DNA of 64,000 nucleotides from Pecten maximus. Its lineage: Eukaryota. A program made the translations under genes and the position numbers. The notes below the pieces were generated by a model. The model was not told the DNA's origin, did not search any database, and saw only the letters and a program-made list of their open reading frames with translations. Below, piece after piece: positions 40,171 to 53,357 of the stretch. The stretch is from assembly GCF_902652985.1 (NCBI RefSeq), contig NC_047016.1:33480001-33544000 (forward strand), read 5' to 3'. The stretch's first letter is position 1, and every line of letters begins with the position of its first letter.

Positions 40171-41790
40171 TTGTTTGTTTGTTCATGTTTTACGGCCCAT
40201 CGACAACTAGGGTCATTTAGGGCCAAACAATATACTAACATGAAATATACTAACATGTGTTATTTTTAAAGTTAAAATCAGATAAAATTTGTCATTTTTA
40301 AAAGCATCCGTATTGTATATTTAGATCATTATGATAAAAAAGTTGGTTAAAAATGGTAAAATATGTATATGTACGAATAGATTATGTGAACTTTGTTATA
40401 TAAATAGAACGTCAAAGACAGTAACGTAGAAGACATCAAAGTCTATAAAATAGATCGATTTCTTTCAAGTAGCTAAATATTGTTTTCGAATCCACGGAAC
40501 TGAAAAGGGTTTTCATATCCGGGACTCGAAAGTATTTATCACGAATGTGCTTGAAATCGGAACATTCTATTAAAAAATGCTCCGCTGTGAATTGACCATC
40601 ACATGCATAACACACCGGTGGATACTCTCGTTTCAAAAGGAACGAATGAGTAGGATATGTGTGCCCGGTACGGAGCCGAGAGAGGACTATTTCCTCTCTA
40701 CGATCCTTCCGACTTGGTTTTGATGTTTTAAGTTTTGGTTGTACAGTACTTTAAAAAGTTTGTTGCTCGTCTCGAGAGACCATTGTTGCTGCCATTTACT
40801 CTGAATGGTAGAACTAATTACAGGTTTGAAATCTGTATATGGTATTTTAATATTTGTTTGTTGCAGATTTAGAGCAAGTTTTGCTTGGCGGTCAACAAGT
40901 TCGTTGCCTTTAATTCCGACATGGCTCGGAATCCAAAGTAATGTTATTTTGCATTTTTTTAAGATACGAGATATTCGTAAAACAAGGTTTTGTATGAGTA
41001 TATTCTTTGGATCTCGTGATTGTAAATTCTGAAGGACAGATAGAGAGTCGGAACAAATTATTGCCTTTCTAATGCGTTGTTCTTCGATATGGTCGAGGGC
41101 CAAATCGATGGCACATGCTTCCGCAGAGAAGATAGAGGCACCATCTGGTAAGCGGATTGAAGAACAATGGTGATCGGAATAGCATGCTGCGGAGACCTTT
41201 ACTCCATCTTTTGAGCCATCAGTGTAGATCTGAACGTGATCGGGAACATCTTTAATGCATTCCCGAAAGCAGGATTTGTGTTCTTCGGGTAATGCACTCG
41301 ATTTTGCCCTCACGTGTAGAGTAAGGTTAATATCAGGTGTTTCGACAAGCCATGGCGGTACATCCGATACGGTGTATTCGCCTATGTTGTCTAAGCTTAT
41401 GTTAAGTTCATGAAGAAAATTCGAAATTCTAATGCCAAATGTTGGTAAGAGTTTTTGGTTTTGAGTGAATATGTTTCGGTATTGTGGATTGACAACAAGA
41501 TCAAAAGCCGGGTTTTTCGGGTTGGATTTCAATTGGGCGGCATATTGAAGCGCAAGTTTTAAAGATGGTTCATTTGCCTCTACATAAAGGTTCTGCACTG
41601 GTGTTGTTCGGAAAGCACCAAGTGCTAGACGTAATCCTTGATTATGGATAGGATCCAACATTTGCAGGTAAGAATTCCGTGCTGATCCATAAACGACGGA
41701 CCCATAGTCGAGTTTTGATCGAATAAGTGCGCTGTAAAGGCGCAAGAGCATTTCACAGTCCGCACCCCAGTCGGTGTGGGATAGTACGTC
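40171..41790 (-). mobile_element. 5'-truncated non-LTR retrotransposon (I/Nimb/Ingi-like): end of RT, RNase H, C-terminal Cys/His motif, 3' UTR and (AAAC)n tail
   Basis: ORF 40687-41751 has RSKLDYG, LRLALGAFRTTP and RNase H motifs YTDGS, SAEACAI, ICSDS, WIPSHVGIKGNELVD. The frameshifted continuation has CYAC...EHFLIEC. 13-bp TSD ATCATCAA(G/T)GTCT at 40158-40170 and 41791-41803. Confidence 0.92.
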
Positions 41791-43477
41791 ATCATCAATG
41801 TCTCTTTAGTGATAAAATTAATTACAAAATTTAATATGTATAGAATCAATCTCAAACGGAGAATAAGACTTTCAGAGTTTATGTAACAAAATAGTGAGTG
41901 TGAGCTATCGTTCACTTAGTACATGTGCATGTATATAGGCCAAGGCAAAATTTTCCATAATAGAAACGTGAATGTCAAAACTATAAAGTGTACAAGAGTT
42001 CGATCATATGAGACTGGTATGTCACTTCTAAAAAAAACGGAAAGATTCGTATAGGCCAAAAAAAACCCCAATAATACAATACAGTAGGTATGTACATCTT
42101 TCACATGGCATTACAAAACTGGTTTACTTGCATTTACAAATGCACAGAAAACCAGGACATAAATAACAATAACATATATTAAAATGTAATTTGATGTAAT
42201 GACTAGCAATACATTATTTATTCATGCACTAGCAACAACAATGTTCAAAGTATATTCTAAAACAATAAGTACGTACATAGGACCCATATGGTGGACATTG
42301 AATACATTTAGTTAGTTACTGGCTTTTCGTCTACAGTACTCCGCTATTGCTAAAGTGCCGTATCATTGACTAAAGTCAGTGTACTGTCGGCGTTCATTGC
42401 CTCATATGCAATGGTTATAAGTCGGGCACCCTTTCAATTACATGAATGCGTACTCCATAATAAATGCATTTAACGTAGTTCTGTGAACACATTGATACAT
42501 GTATTCAATATCTTCCATAAGGTACAGTCAATTGGCAAGAAAGTTATTCAAATAAATTCTGATTACTTTTTAGTATTGAGCACTATACATTTGAATTCCT
42601 TTTCAGATATCCATGTATTCAGATTGCAAAACATGACAGGATTCAAACCAAACAAGTGTTACTTGATAAGTTTATAAAAGAACCAATGAAAGAAAAAACG
42701 ACAACATGATCAATGGGTATCATTTTTGTGATTATAATATCTGAATATAACAAATCATTGGACTCACCAGGGTCGATTAAGGCTCACAGAGTAAGCCAAT
42801 ACTTGACAAGGTTTACCGTGGTCTAGTAAAGCACACCATGGCCATCAGAGTTCATCGTTGCCTTACTCAGGCTCACCCAGTAACCAAATACTAATCAAGG
42901 CTTATCTTGGTACACTGTCAAGTGAAGCTTATCTTGCATGACCACCAGAGCTCTACTTGGGATCATGAAGTTACCCAATACTTATTTAGGATGACATCAG
43001 GTTAAGTAAAGCTCAGTTGGTCAACATACCTCACTGATGGCTGCTAGGGCTCACCTTATCAAGTATTTTTTATGGTGAAGCAAAACCCACCGTGACCGCC
43101 AGAAAGGACCACATCGATGAAGCTGCAATCTCATCGCTCAACATGCAGCACAGGTGGACCATTCAGATTATTTTCTTTTTAGAAATTAAAACTCATTTAT
43201 TTTAAACAAGATTTCCTGATTATGTTGAACTCCAATTGCAATAAAAGCATTGTTTTTTGACAAAACAGATTACTCATTTTTCAAATGTATATAGACATAA
43301 TTAAGGAAAACTAGGCTGGGTACATTGAAGTAAATGGGACTAGAAAATTAACATTACAATGCATGATCTGTTGCTGCTGCAATAACCTCCTAGTTCTATG
43401 AGTCTTTCCCTTATACAAAATGTAGATAGTATTCCATTGCACCAAATATATTTTATATACAACACGATCAAGTTCAC

Positions 43478-46400
43478 CTATATTTTTAAGATCAGTTTCC
43501 CCGTTGCCCCCTTAGTGTTGATGATGTCATTGTGAGCTTGCGGAGCTTGCTCTAACGTATAGGTGTGGCCTATGTGGGGCTTGAGCCAACCTGCCGACAT
43601 TCCTTCTCGGATCCCAGCATGCATCTGTTCCCATTCTTCCTGTTAACAAAGGAAACATTTTTTCGGTGTCTACTTTTCACACATGAAATTATTTTCGTGC
43701 AATAGTTCCTTTCTCGATGTTTTTATCACCATCATCTCACGATATGATTAGATTGTTAATTAGTTCTCTGGTATAATTAACCCTGTAATATTTGAAAGAT
43801 ATTGGGATAGCGATTGGTAGGGCTTCTAAGTTTGAGACAATTAAATGTCTTTTAAGAGACCTTCGATTTTGTTTATGAAAAATTTCAAGGGTGCAGAACA
43901 AATTAAGTTTCTAGACAACGGTATCCTTGGGTTTAAAATATGTACACTTTATACTCCACCTGACAGGATAAGTAAGTACTTACGGCTGTTGATCCCATGA
44001 GCATGACTCCCTGAACGGTCAGTTCCTTGCCCATAGTTAGTCTGGGGGTTACCTCGACAGTTCCTCTACTACCGACAATCTGGGAGAGAAAACAGAGTTT
44101 TCTTATGTTGGTATAAAGTGTAAGTTTTGACATATTATAATTTTAGTCATACCAGATTTCCTCAAAATTATGTTTCTCTTGAATTACTAGCACACATTAC
44201 GTTATAATGGAAAGGCCGTGTTGGGTTTACGGGACAAGGTGTTATGGGATATTTATAAATATACACTTGTATCTCCTAGCTCCCTCTCCGATTGTAATGA
44301 TTGTGCTGGAACTTTGTTATAACGTTATTATTCAGAGAGAACACAAATCTGCATTCAACTCATTCCTGGTGATATAGGGAGTAGTGAGAACGCGTAAAGT
44401 ACTCACCAAAACGCGTCCTCTCGGAGCTGCCATCTGAAGGTCTTTTTCCAAATTAACATTTGCCAACATTTCAATGATAAGATTTGGGCCGGAACCACCA
44501 CATGCTTCCTGGAAGTTTAAATATCTCTACTTAGTAAATAACAAAATTTAGAATAGCGCTTAACGCAAAGGATGGAGTATGCAAAGTTTTAACAAGAAAG
44601 ATACGCATTGAATTGTAAATAGTTTTGCAAACTGTAGGGGAATGAACGGTGTAAAAACCGGAGAATAATGGGTTACTCCGGTAAGGAGGGATAATGCTGG
44701 GGTTAATAAGGGATAGTGGGGGAGTTTCAACTAGGGGCTGGGTAGACATAGACGATAGACACTGAAGCCTCTCTGCCACATTGAATATGGATATCAATCG
44801 GATAGACTGCTTCCTCTGCAGAAGGCTTTTGAAAAAAGGCCCACCGTTTACAAGATTTGACTGAAATCTGCTTAGTAGTTCATGGCTAGATTTAATTAGT
44901 AGTATAAAGATGCTGGACGACGGACGCTTCGCCACAGCATATATTTATATATATATATATTGGGGAATAATGTTGAATTTTAAACACGAATCATTACATG
45001 TATCTACAAATTTGCATAAAACTAGTCATGTAATATAGCAAAATGTTTGTTTGGACATGTAGAGTTTCTCAAAAATACGAATAGCTTGCTGTTTATGTAA
45101 CAGTTTCTTCTGTATATATTTTACTTTGTGATAAGATGCAGCAGACAATAATTCAAGTCATTTAATGTCATTTAACGCGTTAAAGATAACATTTAATAAA
45201 TTAATGTGTTGAATTTGCTAAATTTGCATTTAAAGTGCGTTAAATTTGTTCATTTACTTTGTTACTTTAATTGTTGCTAAGTAAACGCGATAGATGCTAA
45301 GTGACCAGTTTATGGCTTTAAAACTAGTTTTAACACATAAAAGTTAGTAAATAACGCGTTAAAAGCTAATTATGTGTTAAAATCTCGTTTTGACATGAAC
45401 GGCCTTTCATAGTTTAACGTTATACATATTTTAAAGTCAAATCTTGTCAAACCAATGCTCCTGTTGTTTGTTTTATAGACACTTGTGAGCAAAATGGCAT
45501 TTTGTACTGTGAAACAGGCAAGGCCCATGTTTATCCATGATACTAAACAATATGGAACGCCAAATTAACAATTTAGAGCTAGGTTCAAATCAATTGAAGG
45601 TAGATTCAATTAGCCTTATTTAGACCTATCTTCAATTCTTTAATTGTATTGTGCCTATCTCTAATTGAATTTGTTAATTTGGCGTTCCGTAAAAAATGAT
45701 CAAGTTACTTCGAATTATCTTTTAATTGCACATATAGGCCTAGTAGGGATTTATAGGCTTGTAAAATATCATTGATACCACTTGATTTGCTATTTAGAGG
45801 CCGAATCGTTTCTCTGGATCAGCCAGGTTAGCTAAATAATATCAATTCATTTTCTAAGTATAATTTGTTATATAACGTTATATGTGTGTTGCCTCCATAT
45901 CATTCAGCCTTACAAAAATCACCTTGTAAATCAGAGAGCTAGGCTCCGGGTGAATTAGTTTGGCAAACAGTGTAGCACCACGGACTGTTGTTGTAACTCC
46001 GTAGATGCCTTCGGGCAGATGACCTAAAAATGACAGCAATAATGTCTGAAACTGATCCACTACCAAAGTATCTTATGTCTCGGGCTACTGTACAGGACTG
46101 CTGTAGAAGCCTGCGGCTTTATATATTTCATCCTACAGCGACTCGACAAATTTGTCAAACATTTAATTGGCTCGGTGATGTTTGCAATCGAGTTCACTTG
46201 GAGTTTACAACAGCAATAAATAACACAACACGCTATTTTTACACGATGACCTTTCAACCCCGACAACGTCAAGATATTATATCCGACAAGACTGCCAGAG
46301 TTATTTCCCTTCAACAAGAGTCGTAGTATATTGTAATCAATTTCATAATAATACTTGAAAATAGAATTTTCTTATTTTTTTACAAATGTAACAATAAGTG

Positions 46401-49400
46401 CGACTGAATCATAATGTTCTTTTAAATATTATATAGGGATGTTTCCAACTAGAACATTTTTTAGAAAAGCAGAAATGAAATTATTAGAACAAAACAAATT
46501 TGATATGGTAATATGGGTATAGCCTACGGTATCCATCAGGTTGAATATGTGGTATATAAACCCGGCACAACTCATACTACAACGGGAGGTCCGCTGCCAT
46601 GGGATCCACGTTTATACTGAACTCAGATATGAAAATTGATTGATTTACCCTCCCCATGGTGTCCCTTGACTTCTCTTTTGATTTTTTTTCATAGTCTATT
46701 TTAAAATGTTAAAAGATAATGTTACTCAAATTGACTGCATCTAACCATTTTTTCTTTCCAAATATTGATTTACATGGTGCAACATGTACACGAATATGAA
46801 ACTTTCAACAGTTTGAAGTTGTAGTATTTAACAGTATAATTATACATACAATAATGTATATGCACAAAGCATATTTAGTTTTTCCAACTTAAGTTAGTTA
46901 TTTTTTATCCCATTTCTTCCACAAGATAACCTAACAATCGAGAACATAATAAATCATAAATCATACCAACAGCATGCATAAAGATATGTTCTATATCTTT
47001 TTATACATACAATGCAATGTACATTTTTAATATACATATGTCTACATGAGTTATTTTGATTTTAATTGTTTGTATCTTAGATACAATAGAAATATGGCAA
47101 CAGGCAATAAGGATAGTCCTTATCATAGATAGTATATGGTACAAAAAACACGTTATTGACAAAAGTATTGGTTTGAATGATGAAACATATTGCATTTTTG
47201 ATATAATATTGACATAATATCAAAATAATAAATAACTTGATAGGTATAGCAATATGGAAATGTATGTGTGTCTAATGTTTTAGTTCTTGGATTTTAGACA
47301 AGGTAAGCTTGAAAGCCAATCCTTATTTCTAATGTCAGGGTATTTATATATTTGATGAATTATGTAAACAAATGCAATATGGCAACATTGTGAACAAGCT
47401 GTTTTGAAATGTGTATATTATGTAATCGTTGGACTGATCAATAAAAAGGTTTGACACACTTATGCAAAAATGGGATTATACCTGGCCAGACTGCCAGACA
47501 TGTTAGGCATAAATGCCATACTTTCAGGAGACCAATAAGGGAGATCGATGATTATTTTAAGGGAGTTTTGCCTAAAATAAGGGAGATTTGTGCGCGACAT
47601 GAATATCAACATTTTTACTCAATTTCAAAGCAATAAACTAATTTTGAAAGTGATAAAGAATATTTACATTTATTTTGAATATTAATAGATTAATTAGTAG
47701 AAATTTTGATTTGTAAATAAAACTAAGACTTTAATTGTGTCTTATTAATATGTAACCTAATAATTACTTCATCGTTTGTTTCAAATGTGGTCTCCACATA
47801 ACAAATGTTGATGATGTTCCGAAAAATCATGTTACTATACTCGGTAATCTCCAATCCAAACAGCCAATACCAACTGATATAAAATTGAGTGGTTATCAGT
47901 GAAAGGTTGAAGTCCTAGTCCTGTCAATTACATGTATTTGCAAAAAGTGGTATAATTTTATCAATAGTCTAATTTCAAGTATTTGAAAGCTTGACTGAAA
48001 GCAAATTATGGCTGGAGGAAAAGAGCGAATCTCGCAAGTGAATCCCGTTTTAACATAAGATGTTTTGTAGGCAGAGAGTAGATACTTCAAAGCTGGAGAC
48101 ATGTTATAGAAAAGGTTCTGAGACACACCAGAAAATGTGTAATTTTCCTTTTTCTGTTTCTCGGTATTTAGGAATTTTTCCTAGTATTTAGGAATTTCAA
48201 ATTAAAACAATAGCAAATATTAAATGATGAATGCATGTTCAGTTGTAGACAATGGTGCTATGGTTTTATCTGACCATATCTGCCGTATGTAGCTGTTGTC
48301 CCATTGCATGATTGTAAAAGGCCACTAAATTTTTATATTGTCTCTTCTTTCTTAACAATTTCCATCCTAATGTCTCCCTTGGGACAACATCACTATTGAC
48401 CTTTAATTGATGATTCGCCCCTTAGAGGAAGGCTCTGTGGTTCTGTCTCCTGGCCGAGATATACCAGTCTCTATATAAACATTATTAGTTGCTACTCCTG
48501 CTTTGTCAGCAGCATATTGGTAGTGCGAGAACTGGTTTACCCATTGTCAGTATAATGTGATCAGGTGGGGTGTCCTGCTGGGTGTCTACGGCTGAGTGTG
48601 CTTCAGTGAGGTAGCACAATAAATTAAAGTCAGCATAAGTTTTGCACTATCATAAGGAAACAAACACAATTTCACAAACATACTACAGCCTTCCAAAACA
48701 CACTTTCACCACACAATGCATCTCGCACAAATGGGCTGTCATCCTTAAATTAGTAACAAAACAAAACAATTTGACCTGGTAATACCATAAAACATATCTT
48801 TAGTTTATTACAAAGTTAACTTCTTTATGTTGTTATTTCTCTCTCGCCTAACGACAGTTTCACAATACATCAATAGCATCACAATAGTGGTCACCTGTCT
48901 AATGACACATATTACATTCTCTATGGAATTGATTTAGAGCAAATGTGTACTGTTGAACTTTGCGATATCAAAGTCATAGGGGTCATGAGCAACAGGCCTG
49001 CTTGGCTTGTATCTCTCACCTGCTTCTAATGCAACTTTTAAATTGATTTAGGTCATTTACATTGATAATAAGTTTGATTAACAATTTAAATATAAGAGTC
49101 GGCTAGGTTCACTCATTTGAATACGTTTTATAGCCCTTCATCCCAGCATACTTTCAAGCTATCATAGTCCTATGAAGTTTTCTAAAATCTGGTAGCCCTT
49201 CATCCCATCATATTTCTAGCTAAATATTGCAACCATAGATTCCTTGGTAAATGAAAGAAAGCAATTTCAGGATTTTTACACATTTGCCCCTGCAACCTTG
49301 AAAGTAGTGTCAATCATTTGAACAAAGTTTGTAGCCCTTCATCCCAGCATGCTACTGGTCCAATATCATGACCCTGAGTTTCTTGTTGAAGGACAGATGG

Positions 49401-52400
49401 ATTGATAGACATTATAAGATAGGTGGTGGATGATGCATCCTAGCATAAGCTCACTTGCCCTTCTTGCAGTTGGGCTAAAATACACCTACTTAAAATAATC
49501 CACGGTTTTTAACAAAGTATACTTTTATATCATTTTTTATTGATGGAACTGGATGTTTACTTGAATTAAGCAGGATTGATTGATAAGAGTTTGAGAAAAT
49601 GAAATTAAACTGTATATTATAGGTGTAAAGATCAGATTTATACTCACAGTGATGGATTGTGTGTAGTTGTCTCCCCTGTGATTCACAGCAGCATCTGCAC
49701 CAATGGAAGTGACGATGTCTAGGCCCTCCTGAGTCCCCGCTGTTCCTATGACACGCAGGCCTTTTGCCTTAGCTATTTGTACGCATGCTAGTCCCACCTA
49801 GAATACAACAAACACACAAGGACATTAACATGACAATAAACAGTACTAGTTGTAATTCATCTACCATTTTCTTTGAATTGGAATTTTTTTTTGTAAAATT
49901 ATATATGAACTTAATATACACACATAATTTGATACAAGGTGACAAAATTATATATGAACTTAATATACACACATAATTTGATACAAGGTGACAATCTAAA
50001 TGTCTGCTTAAATTGTTAAGTAATATACTTACTGCACCACTTGCTCCATGAACGAGAATTGTCTCCCCTTTTTGGGCTTTCCCACTGAAAACAAAACAAA
50101 ATGGCTTTTATAAAATACTACAATATGACATTTGTGAAATAAAGGGATACAAAGTAAGGAGTTGTGTGGGAAAGTACATGTAGAGACAAAGACAATTTGG
50201 AACAGGAAATTGAGAAAAATACTTGAAAAGTATGAGGTTGCAATTTTTGGAGGCATGCATGGTGAAAAAGATATATATAATGATAAACTGACTGAGGTTA
50301 CAGAGATCAAGGTAGCCATCAACATATTTTTGTTGACATTGTTTCAAAATACAGAGGCGATAAACTTATTTGGACAAAACTATATAGATAATAACTGGAT
50401 GCTAAGGATCTATTTAGTGTCCTCTCTAATATTGAAAGTTTATATGTGTGGTGACAGTGTATCTTTAATATACAACATGATTATATAATGCATATTTCAG
50501 GATTAATATTTTATATTTCACACTTGTACTGTATAACTTTATGTTTATACTGTTCAATATATTCAAATATATAAAAATAATATGTATTTATATTTAATAT
50601 TTTGAATACATCAAATATGAATGGAAAATATACAATATAAATTAAAACCTATTGAATATAAACAATTACTGAATTATGACATGTCATACAAAATAATCAA
50701 TCACCTTAAAACCAGAGTAAAACACGTAGCAATAGATCGGGAGGGACAGTAAAATGTACGTATCCTTGACTTTCATCAAGGCCACCAGGGTTGTACTCCC
50801 TGATCATACATGAAAAATTATGGGGTTCATCTGCCCAAAAAAATACTGTATTTCTCCTATAAGCCCCCTCCCCTAGAGTAAAAGTTTAGTATTAAAGTCT
50901 AGGGAGAGCTCATTTGTGAATTGGCCTTAAACCTAATATTTAATCTTTTATCATTCTGCAAATAAAATGAAATGGGCTTATTTGCAGCCATGGGCTTATT
51001 TGGGGTTAACTAAGTTTTTTCTGCAGGTCACCTCTTATATCCTCAAACATTTATGTACATTGCTAAATTTAATATTCCTTGCAAGCTTCCATCTTGGCCA
51101 ACAAGAGTGATGAATTAAAGATAATACAACTCGTTTGATAATTGTATTTTTTAAACTGATGCTTTGAGAAACCAGAAAATATCATCCCTTAATTTTGTTA
51201 CAAATTATTACCATTTTATGAATAGAGAGGGCATACTGTTATTCAGAATTCAATAATTATAAAATGATGCCAGAGGTATAGAAAATATATCTGATTAAAA
51301 CAAACAAAATTCAATGAAAGAAGCAGTAACATATACTTAATAATGATTACTTATCACATAAAACATTACATAAAGGAGGCTGAGCACCACTGAGAGATAA
51401 AAAGAGAAGTTCAAACTTCAGAGGGTGGTATTCCGTAATAATATCAAGTATTCAAACTTTGATATTGTAAGAAATAAATGACAGCCTATTCTTGTATTCA
51501 ACCAATCATATTGACATACTTTTAATCTGATTTTCTGTTACACTTACAGTACGACAACAGCTCTGTAGGCAGTGAAGTAAGGCACACCGATGGCTGCCCC
51601 CTGATCTAACGACAACTTGTCATCCAGCACACCGACCAGGCTAGAATCAGCCAGGGTGTATTCACCATAGCCTCCAGTGTCTGTCCTGACAGTGAATACA
51701 TGGTCACCTTTCTATAAATAAACAGTGAATACATGGTCACCTTTCTACAAATAAACAATGAATACACAGTCACCTTTCTACAAATAAACAGTGAATATAT
51801 GGTCACCTTTCTACAAATAAACAATGAATACATGGTCACCTTTCTACAAATAAACAATGAATATATATATAGTCACCATTCTATAAATAAACAGTGAATA
51901 AATCTGTACCAGGTTAAAAGAGTTTCCTTTTTCTTTTTTCTACTTGCATTAAATTACACATTTGAAGTCTTATAAATGAAAATAAAAAAATAATTGTCTC
52001 ATTCATGACATAAGCCCGGATGTCTTTCTCAAAAATAATTATCTCAAAATATATTGTATCCCCATTGACAAAGCTTACCTTAAACTGGGAGACCTCTGAC
52101 CCGATGTCTTCCACAACACCCCCAACATCAGATCCTGGTGTGTAGGGTAAGGCTGGTAACTTCGCATAGTTACCAGATCGTATGTAAGTATCAACAGGAT
52201 TTACACCTGCAGCACTGACTTTTATAAGGATCTACAAAATATTAATTCACTGTTAATACCAACACTGTTTTCTGAAATTTAACTAAAACAGTTCAAAGAA
52301 TAACATCAATGCAAAGGTTTAGCATGCTCATCAATGAAAGATTGGTTATGACATAATATAATACTTTCTATAAATATCACATCATAAGCAATCTTTGACT

Positions 52401-53357
52401 TTTGAGAAAGCTAAACGTTTCTTATCAATGGTTCACAACAAATTACACAACATACTTTAACTTAAGGACATATGTGATCCTGTTATACTTTCACACAAAA
52501 AGAATTAAAAAATGAAATAAATTTTAATAAGGTACAATTTTAGTAAATACACTCTGTATTTATAAGTAAATTGGACTTATCTACTGCAAGCAATTACTAC
52601 CAGTCAATATTAACAAATTAAAAAAGATGTCATACAAAATGTTGTTTTAAACTGGGGATCAAGAAGCAAATATGCTTATTAGAAGACTGATTACCCCTTA
52701 AACTATTATTATTTATACGTTTATAATGGTCAGTAAGATTTAACAACCATTCAAGGTCTAAGGGGAGATAACTTCATTCCACATTTTTGTTTTCATTTTT
52801 ATTAGTTTATATAAGTCTGAATAAGTTGAACAGCACACGTATAATTTTTAAGTCAGAATGAAGTAATAAAATGGCTGCAGTCATCAATTTATCGCTGTCT
52901 TCATTATATAGACCTGTAAATCACTGGAGTAATAACCTAACGAATGTGACTCAAGAATTAGATGCCAGTTATGGTTGAAGAAATATACGGTCACTGAGAA
53001 AAAACCCAACTAACTGGGTTATTAGTTGCAGGCAAAATTTGGAAACCAGATACAGAAAGCTAAACTAAAACAACTGATGAAACAAGTATAGGAAACTTCG
53101 TTCTTTTTTCTTCAACTTCTGATTTTTTTTTATAAGCATAAAAAGAATCACAACTCTAAATATCATCAGTTAGTAGTTTGATCCTACTACATGAAATGAT
53201 GTAAGAGCCACATTTGAATTGTCTGTGTACATACCTGTTTCTCGGAGGGTTTTGGTACGGTAAGGTTAGCCTCAACCTTCATCACCTCTGCTCCACCAAA
53301 CTGTGCTACACGTATTGCCTTCATTATGGTCCTACAGGCAGATCTGGTCACACTCAT
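43478..53357 (-). CDS. CRYZ: NADPH:quinone oxidoreductase / zeta-crystallin (MDR superfamily), 8 coding exons, 333 aa
   Basis: Exons 53357-53235, 52231-52079, 51711-51548, 50084-50033, 49797-49648, 44508-44407, 44079-43984, 43639-43478. Total 1002 nt, phases consistent. Motifs [75 protein letters not shown]. Confidence 0.93.
45551..45691. mobile_element. Small MITE with ~22-bp TIRs
   Basis: TATGGAACGCCAAATTAACAA ... TTGTTAATTTGGCGTTCCGTA. Confidence 0.7.
48440..48770 (+). mobile_element. Degenerate SINE (Meta/MESC-like core) in a CRYZ intron
   Basis: Core-like TGTCAGTATAATGTGATCAGGTGGGGTGTC...CTTCAGTGAGGTAGCAC, then TCCTTAAAT and an (AACAA)n tail. Recognised from memory of mollusc SINE cores. 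Confidence 0.5.
49887..49995. repeat. Two-copy ~50-bp tandem duplication in a CRYZ intron
   Basis: AAAATTATATATGAACTTAATATACACACATAATTTGATACAAGGTGAC occurs twice. Confidence 0.85.
51689..51900 (-). repeat. 33-bp tandem repeat, ~6 units, made of the CRYZ coding-exon-3 acceptor plus its first 23 exonic nt
   Basis: Minus-strand unit ttatttgtag|AAAGGTGACCATGTATTCACTGT; the last unit continues into the real exon ([14 protein letters not shown]). Confidence 0.92.

Noticed and set aside
40687-41751. 354-aa ORF as a host or domesticated RNase H gene
   Set aside because: Part of a 5'-truncated, frameshifted LINE with tail and TSD.
44531-46326. Intronic ORFs of 60-134 aa within the large CRYZ intron
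   Set aside because: No recognisable motifs; they lie in repeat-like intronic sequence.
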